From contig OZ218955.1 in the NCBI GenBank assembly GCA_965112735.1, forward strand, positions 2,356,001-2,420,000: 64,000 bases of DNA, written 5' to 3'. This stretch comes from Phaeosaccion multiseriatum (Eukaryota; Protista; Ochrophyta, other classes). The notes beneath the pieces were generated by a model that was not told where the DNA came from, ran no database searches, and saw only the letters and a list, made by a program, of their open reading frames with translations. This document shows positions 11,401 to 22,902 of the stretch, piece after piece. Every line of letters begins with the position of its first letter. Position 1 is the stretch's first letter. The translations under genes and the position numbers were made by a program.

Positions 11401-13391
11401 AGGGCCCGACTGCTTCTCTTGTGAGGGTGAAGGTGCTGTGTGCTTACTTGTGTCATGCTAACTGTCGCAAACACAAGAGGTGCCCCCAATGCTAACTGTC
11501 GCAAGGGCTTGCGCTACGCACACGCATCTAGTAGAAGTGAGAGACCCTTAGCCTGGTGTAGTATGGAGCTCTCGCCGGGCAAAAGGTTTTTTCTTTCTCC
11601 ACCCACCCACCCATCTAGATTAGTTTAGTACATAGTAGTTAGATACTCAGTAGTTAAGGGGGGGATGAGCGGCTCCTCGGAACCGCTGCCCCCAAAGGCC
11701 CGTGCTCGCCCCCGTCAGGGAAGCGACACCCCGGAGGCACTGTGTGCCCCGAGGTGAGTCCCTCTCAGGACTGCACTCTTAATGAAAAGTTTATCCCCCA
11801 ACAATGGCGACGACTGGATGAGGAGGAGCGAGGCCTCTCAATGGGTACCCAGTTTTGATTGAGCGCAACGACCGCGAGAACGCTGCTTCAGCAGCGAAGC
11901 CACGGAAGTTCTGTTCTCGCGGAGTGGAGTCGACGGATAAACAGGGTATTGAGAGCCGAGGAGGGTGGAGCGTGAGCGCGTGTGTGGACCCCGAGGGGGG
12001 CTGGTAGGATAGAATATATTTATGGCAGCAGATGGAAAACAACGGATTTGGATTTTCCGCTGGAGCTCAGAAGAGGAGGAGCCCTGCTGTACTCGCCACC
12101 CTACCGTGATTGAAGGAGATAGAGAGCAGGTGCGGGAGCGTGTACAAGCAGGGAGGAGAGTAGAGACCGATGGTGTAGGAAAGCAAGGATCGCAGTAGGG
12201 CCCGACTGCTTCTCTTGTGAGGGTGAAGGTGCTGTGTGCTTACTTGTGTCATGCTAACTGTCGCAAACACAAGAGGTGCCCCCAATGCTAACTGTCGCAA
12301 GGGCTTGCGCTACGCACACGCATCTAGTAGAAGTGAGAGACCCTTAGCCTGGTGTAGTATGGAGCTCTCGCCGGGCAAAAGGTTTTTTCTTTCTCCACCC
12401 ACCCACCCATCTAGATTAGTTTAGTACATAGTAGTTAGATACTCAGTAGTTAAGGGGGGATGAGCGGCTCCTCGGAACCGCTGCCCCCAAAGGCCCGTGC
12501 TCGCCCCCGTCAGGGAAGCGACACCCCGGAGGCACTGTGTGCCCCGAGGTGAGTCCCTCTCAGGACTGCACTCTTAATGAAAAGTTTATCCCCCAACAAT
12601 GGCGACGACTGGATGAGGAGGAGCGAGGCCTCTCAATGGGTACCCAGTTTTGATTGAGCGCAACGACCGCGAGAACGCTGCTTCAGCAGCGAAGCCACGG
12701 AAGTTCTGTTCTCGCGGAGTGGAGTCGACGGATAAACAGGGTATTGAGAGCCGAGGAGGGTGGAGCGTGAGCGCGTGTGTGGACCCCGAGGGGGGCTGGT
12801 AGGATAGAATATATTTATGGCAGCAGATGGAAAACAACGGATTTGGATTTTCCGCTGGAGCTCAGAAGAGGAGGAGCCCTGCTGTACTCGCCACCCTACC
12901 GTGATTGAAGGAGATAGAGAGCAGGTGCGGGAGCGTGTACAAGCAGGGAGGAGAGTAGAGACCGATGGTGTAGGAAAGCAAGGATCGCAGTAGGGCCCGA
13001 CTGCTTCTCTTGTGAGGGTGAAGGTGCTGTGTGCTTACTTGTGTCATGCTAACTGTCGCAAACACAAGAGGTGCCCCCAATGCTAACTGTCGCAAGGGCT
13101 TGCGCTACGCACACGCATCTAGTAGAAGTGAGAGACCCTTAGCCTGGTGTAGTATGGAGCTCTCGCCGGGCAAAAGGTTTTTTCTTTCTCCACCCACCCA
13201 CCCATCTAGATTAGTTTAGTACATAGTAGTTAGATACTCAGTAGTTAAGGGGGGGATGAGCGGCTCCTCGGAACCGCTGCCCCCAAAGGCCCGTGCTCGC
13301 CCCCGTCAGGGAAGCGACACCCCGGAGGCACTGTGTGCCCCGAGGTGAGTCCCTCTCAGGACTGCACTCTTAATGAAAAGTTTATCCCCCA
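8464..13391 (+). mobile_element. Split-direct-repeat element (family A/B) with tandemly amplified right end: A1-internal-B1-(A-C-B)x3, last B truncated
   Basis: A (514 bp) at 8464, 11085, 11881 and 12676. B (~221 bp) at 10864, 11658, 12454 and 13249 (partial). C is a 59-bp spacer. The period is 795-796 bp and there is no coding capacity. Confidence 0.85.
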
Positions 13392-13564
13392 GAAAGAAAA
13401 AACCTTTTGCCCGGCGAGAGCTCCATACTACACCAGGCTAAGGGTCTCTCACTTCTACTAGATGCGTGTGCGTAGCGCAAGCCCTTGCGACAGTTAGCAT
13501 TGGGGGCACCTCTTGTGTTTGCGACAGTTAGCATGACACAAGTAAGCACACAGCACCTTCACCC

Positions 13565-16500
13565 TGTAGCCAATCCCGCTATCGCTAGCAAGTCGGAAAG
13601 TGAGCCAATATTTGAAGAGATGGGTACAAGGTTGTAAAGTTTGGAGGCCTTGCCTCAGCTCTAGTAAAGAGCCGAGTCTCCTTTAGCTTTAGGGTGGATA
13701 AGCTAAGAGTGAGGGAGCGCCACAGACTACTACTCCCGGTGGGCTGTGTGCCACCTCATTGTGCCACGTAAGATGTCATATGGGCATGGTGACAGTTACA
13801 CGTACTAAGGCAATGAATATGAGGCTGTAGGGGCAACACTTCCCCCTCGAGAGAGAAGCTCGACTAACGAGAGCGTGACTAAACTAAATGCTAAAAGAGA
13901 AGATGAGAGAGAGAGAGAACATGTTCATATGAATAAAAGTAACCAAAAAGGGTTCCCGAAGGGTTTCCTTATCGGCGGCCTGCTCGCGGGCGTCGGCGTG
14001 ACGAGGGGCCGCGAGACCGAAGGAAGCGCTTAGCATCCTCCGCCAAAGAGCGACGAGGGAAAGAGGAGAGGAATTGCTCTAAAAGAGCAGGAACGTCATC
14101 ATTCATGACTGTCAAAGGTTCCCAAGTATCGTCGGTGGCATTGAAGCCCTTCCAGGAGGTGTGAACCTGCCAGGGAGCGCCTTGAGAGGGACGTTGTAGG
14201 TCCTTGAAGGCGGAGACGACCCAGGAGGCTGAGTCGTGTGAGATCTGCTTAAGTAGCTCAGTACTGACATTGAGATACTGGTCAGCGTAGTAGCGCAAGC
14301 GGCAAGCGTGCACTTCAGAGGTTTGCTTCGAGACAAGGTGTTGCACTTTGTAGACCAGAGTGTCAATCTCCTCCAGCACTTTATAAGGGCCTTGCCACAC
14401 TCCAGAGAGCTTGGAGTAGCGGCTGTTGGAAGCGACAAGGACATAAATGCCCGGCATGTAGAGGCCTTCGTAGTTGAGGGCAGCCGAGAGGGCCAGCTCC
14501 TTGCGGTGTTGATGTCCAAGACGAGTAGTGTCCAGACGACGATTGTGACGGTCGCGAGCCGTCGCCCGCGAGCGCTCAAGTTGAGCAGCAACCCGTTCGT
14601 GTCTCTCTTCAAGAACCGCTTGCAGCTGAGCACCATAGTGGTTGAGCTGTTCAAGAGTTGGCGGCGAAGATTGGAAGTCAACATCGAAGCTGTCGCCTTG
14701 TTGCAGGACGATATCAAGTGGAGTTGTCGCACGTAGGCCAGTGTGCAGAAAGAGTGGAGTCTCTTTGCGGGTCGAGCTGATCGTGGTGTTGATGGCAGCT
14801 TGGACCAGAGGTGTGATCAGATTGTAGTCGTCCGCGTCAATGCGAAACTCAGAGAGGAGAGAGCGGTAGACTGAAACGACAGTGCGTACAGCTCGTTCAG
14901 CGAGACCATTACTCCAAGCAGAGTATGGAGCCGAGAAGCGATGTTTAGCGCGAAGCTCAGTCGCTAGGCGCTTCATCACATGGTTGAGGAAGTGACTGCC
15001 TCGATCACTCTGCCACTTGCTCACTACTCCAAATGTGCTGAACCAGCGCATCAATCCACCGACAGCTGCGTCTGCAGTGGTGGAAGCGCATTCGTTGAGC
15101 ATTGTGTAACCACTGAAGGCATCTTGGATGACCAACAGGTATGGCAAGGAGGTGCAGCCCAAGTCATGCATGTGGACGAAGTCGAAATGAATCATCTGAT
15201 TGGGCTTGGTAGGGTGGACCGCACCGCGAAGAGGGCGAGGTATGCGATGCCCATGGGAGTTGGTGAGGCAATGGAGGCAGAGGTCAACAAAGCGAGTCAG
15301 GTCGGCACCAATGGTGTGCCAGTGGAATCGTTCCGAGAGAACGGAGAGAGTGGTGTCGGCAGCGCGATGCCCTGCCGATCCTTGATGTGCAATGACAGAG
15401 AGTCGGACTTGTAGGTCAATGTCGTCATTGGGTATCCACAGAGGACGTGAAGACGGCGATTGAGGTACCACAATGGCGTCGAAGTTAGCATCATGCTCCA
15501 AAGAAGCAAGGTGCTGCTGAGCTGCAAGCGCTTCGAGAGTGAGCGTGCCTTGGGCAGCCGCTTGAGAAGAGCGAATCTCCGCGAGAGAGGGCCACTCAAA
15601 GTCACTGTCCATGGAGTCGTGCACTGATCCTGGAGAGAAGGTGCGTTTGGAGGGCACTCACGCGTACAGTGTGGTCTTCCGGAGGATCAAGAGGCTTTGT
15701 AGCAGAGCCTGGGACTGAGCGGAAGCGAGAGGTCATGTCACCCCACACGTTCAGCTCGCCACTAAGGTGGGCGATTTCATAATCAAAGCCCGAGAGGAAC
15801 ACAGACCAGCGTTGCAATCGCTCGCGTGCTGGCTTGTGTACGTCACTGATGATGCTACTGGGCCTGAAGCAGTATTGCAAATTGCGGTGATCAGTGTAGA
15901 TGAAGAGGTGCACACCAGACATCAGCCAAGGCAGGCGTTCAAAGGACTGGAGGATAGCAAAGGCTTCCTTGTCAATGGTGGCGTAGTTGAGCTGAGCTCC
16001 GGCAAAGCTACCGCTGAGGAAGGCAAGAGGCTCATGGCGCTGTTCGGCGATGGGCTTGCTGAGGTCCTCAATGGGGCACTTGCGTCACCACATTCCCCCA
16101 ATGGAGATCACTGGCATCAGGAAAGACACAGCGAGCCTTGTCAGGGTCAGGATGAGCAAGCTTGACTTGATCTGCCAGAGCGTCTTTCAGAGCTTGAAAG
16201 GCTTTGGAGTGCTCAGGGCCCCACCCCACCGAAGAGAGGGAGACGGAGCGAGCGACACGCTTGGTGCGAGGAGTAGGAGCGGCAGTGGCGTCAGGGTGAC
16301 GTCTCTGCTTGCGGTTGCCAGCTGCGGAGAAGACGGTTTGGTTGAGCTCTTGCAGAGGAGCGACGAGCTCTGCAAAGCGTGGGATGCAGTCTCGCATCCA
16401 GCCAGCAGCGGCGACGAATTGAATCAACTCAGCACCGTTCTTGGGCTCCTCGAGGTCGAGGAGACCTTGGATCTTGACCGGGTCATGTTTGACGCCGTCG

Positions 16501-19500
16501 CCATCATAGATCTTCCCGCAGAACTTTTGCGAGTTGCCGATGGATACACCCGAGAGCCCGAGCTTGAAACCGGCCTTGGCGAGTGCATCGAGCACAGACT
16601 GAAGAATGGAGCGGAACTCTTCCTCCGTGTGGGCCCAGATGGTGATGTTGTCGATCCAGGTAACAAGGTTGGTGCCGAAATGTTCAGAGAGGCACTTAGC
16701 TAGAGTGCTCTGTGCAAACTCACTGGCATTGAGGATGCCTTGAGTCACACGCGTGGGAGTAAACTTCCCGTCAGGAGTGCAGTAGGTGAGGATCTCTTGG
16801 CTGGAGAGATCGAGGGGCAGCTGCCAGAACATGTTGGCAAGGTCAAGCTCACAGAAGAAGCGTGCTCCGCGCATCTTGGCACTGATCTCAGAGAGATTGG
16901 GCATGGGAAAGCGGGAGCGAAGAGTGCGAAGGTTGACCTCTTGGTAGTCAGCTACCTGCCTGAACTGTCCAGGTTTGCCGGGCTTCTGGATACAGAAAGC
17001 GCGGCTGGCCCAGACGGCCTGAGGGTTTGGATAGTGATATCCGAACTTGGAGAGCTCGTCCGTGAAGGCTCGAAGAAAGTCACGACGGGCACCGGATTGG
17101 TAGATGGGCAATTGGCAGATGGGCTCCGCTCCGTCCTTGAGGCGAATGACCATGGGGTCGACCTTGGCAGGAGGGTCATGCAAGAGCGCTTTGCCTCGCC
17201 ATACTTCCGGGTGTGAGGTAAGGACCTCGTAGAGAGCTGCGGTGTCGGAGAAGCCTATTGCTGATTGAGCAATGGGGAGCAGAGCTTCTTTGATTTGAGT
17301 TTCCGGTAAGACGGGAGAATCAGACACCTCAGGGAGAGGATCATCGTAGCGGGCCAGTGGTTCATTATTAGAGGTGCCAACTTCACTGCGAGCAGTAAAG
17401 GTGGCGGAAGCTACGTGGAAGACTTCGTCAGAGGTGTACTGCGAAGCATACACATCATCAGAAGAGCAGTCCCAGAGATCTATAGAAAAGTTAGCGTTGT
17501 CGCCTATATACTGCTCAGGCAAGGAAGCAAGAGAAGCACCCGCTTGTAACAACGAACTCACGCGCACCGTTGCAGAAGACGCATCAGTGGGAGTGGAGTT
17601 GCGCAGTTCAAAGGGCACTTCCGAACCAGCCACAGCTGCTTGCTTCTCCGCCTGCTGTCGAAGCTGCTCTCGGGGCAGCGCGAGACCCAGCTGTTGGGCC
17701 AGCCCTTTCCCTAGGTAGAAGAGAGGGGCCTCATCCTCGCGCGGCTCAAAGAGCAATGCAGTGAGAGGTGGAAGTGCGACAGAAGAGAGAGGACCCGCGT
17801 CCGTATGAATGTGAAAGTGAAAGTTGCTGAGCTCATGCGTGATGACTTGTGAGGTGCTGCATCCAAAAGGCTGCAGCTGCACCGGCTTAGGAAGAGCGCG
17901 AATGGAGACATCCATTCCGTCTGCTACCATCTCGTCCGCCACAGGCCTGGGAAGGAGGCAAAAGGTCTCCGCACCGGTGTCGACTAAGCACTCGAGAGAG
18001 CGCTTCTTCAGTTGTCCTGTTTGATGCGCAAGAGCATGCAAAGAAGCAGGAGAGGAAGAAAAGAGAGAGATTGTTCCATCAGTGGGAGAGTGCGAGAGTA
18101 AGTCATTAGCAGTGGTCAGAATACTGACCTCATAGTTCTTGGGAGGGTTCCAAGGCAGGTTGCGGTCGCTCATAACCTTCATGCGCTCCGCTTTGTTCTT
18201 GAGCTGCGGGCAAGTATAGACCGTGTGATCAGAGTTGCCACACTTGAAGCAAGCCCGAGCCTTGGACTCACGTCCTTGCTTCTTCGGCTTCTTCAGAGGG
18301 GGGGCAGTTGCCCGAGAGTCCGCAGAGGCGGGAGCGTCGCGCTTCGGCTGCTGCTGCTGCTGCTGCGGCTGCTGCTGCTGCTGCTGCTGTCGCCTACCGC
18401 CGCCAGCTGGCTTCTTGCCCCCACCAGTGATGACCAATCGCTGTATCTCCTCAAGAGAGGGCAGAGCGACAGCCCCATTAGAAGTGTCTTGCTGGATGCA
18501 CCGGTAGATGGGCAAGTACTGATCCACCATGAGGGTCAGTTGCTGGAGAAAGGGCACATAGGTCTTCAGAAGATTCTTGTGAAGAGTGAAGTACCTAGTG
18601 AGGTACCCCTTCAGCCCCTGAGGGCGATTGCACGCTTGAAGCAGAGCATTGCACAGAACTTGGCAAGACTCCGTGCTGACCTGAGTGTTGTCCTCCTTGA
18701 AGAAGACTCGAGTCTGGCCATGCTTCTCCAAGAGACCGTGCATCTGCTGATTGAGAGAGCCCACGGGATTCTGAGTATCCGGTGGCAGATAGAGCTTGCT
18801 CTTGAGGTCCTTCAGTAGGGCATTGCCATGGTCCGAACAGGAGCCGGCCTCAGGCTCTACCAGCTGCTGAAGGTGCTTGTAAAGAAACTCGTGAGTAATA
18901 GCTGAGGTAGCTTTACCAAGCTGAGCGCCTAGTGACGTAAGGTAGTGCGTAGGCAAGAGCACCTCAAGAGTCGTAAGGTCAGGCTTTGAACCTACAATCG
19001 CGTTGTAGCGCCGAAGGTAAGTCTCATACTGCTTGAAGAAAGCAATAAGAGCCTTCTCCGTAACCTCCCCAGATGGGAAGTTGGGAGCAGTAAGAGAGAA
19101 GATGGCCACTGAGCTGGCTGTCGCGGGCATACGCTGAGACTCCTCCTCGCTGTCCGAGCCACTGCTGCTACTGCTGCTGCCATTCTCCTCGTCGGTGCCG
19201 GAAGCTGCTGCCTCGTCGTTCGCCTCGGATGCTGCATCTGCTGCCCCCGCGACATCATCTGAGTCAGCCACGTCCTGCACCGCCTCAGCCTCCTTAGCCT
19301 TGCCCTTCCCCTTGTTCTTGTTGTTCGCCATGCTGATGCTGAATTCCGCAAAGCTGAGGATCAGAGGTGGTCCGGCTGTCGAGCTGTTCGACTCTAGATC
19401 AGAAATGCTGAGGCTGAGAGGTCTCCCGAATGCAGAGACCGAGAGCTGAGAGTTTCCTGAGTTTTGGCAATTCTCAAATAAAGCTTTATTGTAGCCAATC

Positions 19501-19763
19501 CCGCTATCGCTAGCAAGTCGGAAAGTGAGCCAATATTTGAAGAGATGGGTACAAGGTTGTAAAGTTTGGAGGCCTTGCCTCAGCTCTAGTAAAGAGCCGA
19601 GTCTCCTTTAGCTTTAGGGTGGATAAGCTAAGAGTGAGGGAGCGCCACAGACTACTACTCCCGGTGGGCTGTGTGCCACCTCATTGTGCCACGTAAGATG
19701 TCATATGGGCATGGTGACAGTTACACGTACTAAGGCAATGAATATGAGGCTGTAGGGGCAACA
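13565..19763 (-). mobile_element. Full-length Ty3/Gypsy LTR retrotransposon with chromodomain integrase
   Basis: 274-bp TG..CA LTRs at 13565-13838 and 19490-19763, identical by eye. TSD ACCC. PPT GAGGGGGAAG lies next to the 3' LTR. Domain order is gag-PR-RT-RH-IN. Confidence 0.97.
13969..19331 (-). pseudogene. Gag-Pol polyprotein (CCHC knuckle, protease, RT, RNase H, integrase, chromodomain), disrupted
   Basis: Motifs CFKCGNSDHTVYTC, LVDTGA, RT ELDLANMFWQL...WIDNI (DD to DN), RH FPDASD...YTDHRNL, IN HHCC + SDRGSHF...NGLAER, chromo WKGFNATDDTWEP. Frameshifts at ~16073 and ~15620-15650. Confidence 0.92.
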
Positions 19764-20107
19764 ACCCTCACAAGAGAAGCAGTCGGGCCCTACTGCGATC
19801 CTTGCTTTCCTACACCATCGGTCTCTACTCTCCTCCCTGCTTGTACACGCTCCCGCACCTGCTCTCTATCTCCTTCAATCACGGTAGGGTGGCGAGTACA
19901 GCAGGGCTCCTCCTCTTCTGAGCTCCAGCGGAAAATCCAAATCCGTTGTTTTCCATCTGCTGCCATAAATATATTCTATCCTACCAGCCCCCCTCGGGGT
20001 CCACACACGCGCTCACGCTCCACCCTCCTCGGCTCTCAATACCCTGTTTCTCCGTCGACTCCACTCCGCGAGAACAGAACTTCCGTGGCTTCGCTGCTGA
20101 AGCAGCG

Positions 20108-20520
20108 ATTTGCTGGCCCCACCATACCCGCGCAGGCCATTGGATGACTACGACTGGCCCAACCGACACACTACATGGCCACAACGTCGCCAAGTTGGAA
20201 CTGGCATGGGCCCAAAACGCCCAATCTGCCCCCTCACTGGACCCAAAGCCGGGGTTTGTGGGGCCCAAACAGCCCAAACGAGGCATTTGCTGGCCACACC
20301 ATACCCGCGCAGGCCATTGGACGACTGCGACTGGCCCAACCGACACACCACATGGCCACAACCCTGCCAAGTTGGGACTGGCATGGGCCCAAAACGCCCA
20401 ATCTGGCCCCTCACTGGACCCAAAGCCGGGGTTTGTGGGGCCCAAACAGCCCAAACGAGGCATTTGCTGGCCACACCATGCCCGCGCAGGCCGATGCGTG
20501 ACTGCGACTGGCCCAACCGA
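20108..20520. repeat. 177-bp satellite, block 4
   Basis: Same monomer. Confidence 0.95.
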
Positions 20521-22788
20521 TGAGCCACCTGGGATGTGGGACAGACCACACACCCCAGACAACCAACAAGCAAGGGGTTCTTATCCTATGTAGAGCGTGT
20601 ATTAGCTTTCCTTATCAATCTCACTTCCTTATCTATCCTCCTCCTGCGACATGCCGTTCATATGAAGCACGTGTTCCCCAAATGGCGACAATCCGGATTC
20701 GAACATACCAAACACCTTTGAGACTCCACAACTTCCCCCCCCCAAGACCGAGGCCAACCAGCCAAGGACTGAGAAAACTGTGAGGCGAAAAGGAGCAGCT
20801 CACACACAAACCTCTTATAGAACTAGAGCAAACCAATGGGGAAAGAAACAAAGTCCAAAACCCCATGCATCAAGCAGCAAGCAAAGCAGCAAAGCATCCA
20901 TATTCCAAAGCGTAGCACCAACTTCTTCAGCAAACAAAAGAAAATACCGGTGTGACACAACACCAAAAGAATAATGAGAACAACCACATACTAACCGACC
21001 CGTACCCGTTGTGCACACAGCGAGCTGAAGCATGAATACCGATCAATGCCAACCCCCCAAGTCGTAGCGCCAGCAGTGTTGCCTCCAAAAGAAAACCAAG
21101 CTCTCGAGCTCCAGAAGAGTTGATCAGACCCTTCGCAATAAGCAGCAGTAGCAGTAGTAGCAATCCCATCAATAAAGCAAACCAAATCCCAAATGCGTGC
21201 AGCGAATCCTCGTCTCAATGTGTGTCACCAAAGGACGGCAATACCTCCAAACAAAGCCGCAAGTAGAGTAGCATATCCAATTTCCATAGCAAACACCAAG
21301 TAACCAGCTCCAGGAGCATCCATGTGGCAGATACATCGCGAAAACACTGCGAAATCCGCTGACAAGGCGAGCAGAAACAGCAAAGTGCATCCGATGCAGC
21401 ACTTTCAAATTCTTTGCGGAATCACAGATCCAAAAATGCCCATATAACCAATCCTCACGGCTGTTTGCGCAAAAGGCACCAATCTCCAATCTCTGGCTCC
21501 ATAGCAGTAGAATACGAGGCGTACGGCAAAGGCAGCTCCATGCGGTCTCCATCCTCAAACTTAATAACATAGGTAGGCTCGGCTCCTGCAGTACGCTGTC
21601 GAGGCTTGCGCACCTTACTCACTTCTCCACGATACCACACAGTCTTCCGCTCCAAAACCTTGAATGTGTGGAAAACCACCGCCCCAACCTTCAATAACTT
21701 AGCGCAAGCAGCAGCGTCAGCAGGCCTCGGGAGCAATTCAAACCCATCCGGAATTACAAACCCATCACGCTGCAAGGCCTGCCACTCCGTCAATAGACTC
21801 GTACGCTTTCGCACATGCACACTCTTAGAATGCGCAGCGGGCACACCCTTGCGAAGCAAATCCCGCCAATACGACATCACCTGATCCTCTGTCAGCGTCG
21901 TCTCCATCTCCCACGATATCAAGCCATCCGCCCACTCGACACAATACTCAATCGAAGTATGCCCCTGCGTCAACTTCGTCAAGCGATGGTCCACAATCCG
22001 CCGAAAAATCCACTCACCAACACCACCATCATCAGGCTGTACGTCGTCCTCCAGCAAGGCAATGCGACGACCTTCAATACGACGGGAAAGGTAATACTCG
22101 CAAAGGCCAGAAGGCAAACCCTTTGGGCGATCAGCGTCAGCGTCAGCAGGATGGAAGCATTTCTTCACGCGATGAACCGAAACCATTTTCTCCTTGCCAT
22201 CACACTCCTTCACACAGATACAATTTACAGGAGCAACATTTCCGCCACGCAGTCCATCCTTCGCGATCGGAGCAGACGCAGGAGCCAAAGAACCCACATT
22301 TACAATCTCAAGGGGCCCATGCCAAGGATGAAGTAGCTTTCCCGCTCTAGACCGCCCATCAGGCCCAACAAACGTACCCCGGGGGTCATAGACATAAACG
22401 TAATCACCAACCTTGAAAGGCAACTTGCGTAGCTTGAAAGCATCGGAAATATCGGCAGAACGGCGGGAAGAAGTCACACGCTTGGTCCCACTAAGGATTT
22501 CCTCCGTGCGCTTGGAATTCCTCCGTTCAGCCGCAGCATGCGTCGCACGAATGTACTTGTCTGCCGCCAACAAACGCTCACGAAGTCTCACAAGAAAGTC
22601 AGTATCACCAACATCAAGAATGTCCGGGCAGAGGAAGGAATCCATATCACGCTCCAACAAGGGCAAAGGGAAACGCGGTGCTCTCCCATGACAAATCTCA
22701 TATGGAGAAATACCTCTACCAGCTTGCCTTGACCAGTTGTATGCCCTCGCAATGTGCGGCAGAAAAAGATGCCAATCACTCTGAAAAT
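20521..22788 (-). mobile_element. 5'-truncated Gypsy (family C): 3' LTR 20521-20730, PPT, 3' UTR and integrase C-terminus
   Basis: The LTR TGAGCCACC...CTCCACA is homologous to 26414 and 29230. The PPT (rc of ACTTCCCCCCCCCAAG) is adjacent. CCGA is present at both junctions. Confidence 0.88.
21455..22788 (-). pseudogene. Integrase C-terminal part with GPF/Y motif, chromodomain and Tudor-like domain (N-terminus lost)
   Basis: DWHLFLPHIARAYN...SPYEICHGR; FKVGDYVYV...KLLHPWHGP; FRRIVDHR...EYCVEWADGLISWE; VWYRGEVSKV...YVIKFEDGD. Confidence 0.85.
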
Positions 22789-22902
22789 CCGACACACCAC
22801 ATGGCCACAACGTCGCCAAGTTGGAACTGGCATGGGCCCAAAACGCCCAATCTGGCCCCTCACTGGACCCAAAGCCGGGGTTTGTCGGGCCCAAACAGCC
22901 CA
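22789..22902. repeat. 177-bp satellite fragment
   Basis: Partial monomer in phase with both neighbouring blocks. Confidence 0.9.

Larger units (their letters stand above)
13391..20107 (-). mobile_element. Inverted solo A repeat (13391-13564 + 19768-20107) interrupted by a Gypsy element
   Basis: Reverse complement of A from AGAAAGAAAAAACCTTTTGCCC to GAAGCAGCG, split at the duplicated ACCC. Confidence 0.88.

Noticed and set aside
8464-13391. Penelope/retrozyme (hammerhead) or Helitron identity for the A/B family
   Set aside because: I found no CTGANGA...GAAA hammerhead core by eye in A, B or C. The ends lack TC...CTRR and an A|T target. Not formally excluded without an Infernal search.
15600-16080. 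Programmed ribosomal frameshifting in the Gypsy pol
   Set aside because: The breaks lie within RNase H and before integrase, not at the gag-pol boundary, and no slippery heptamer is evident.
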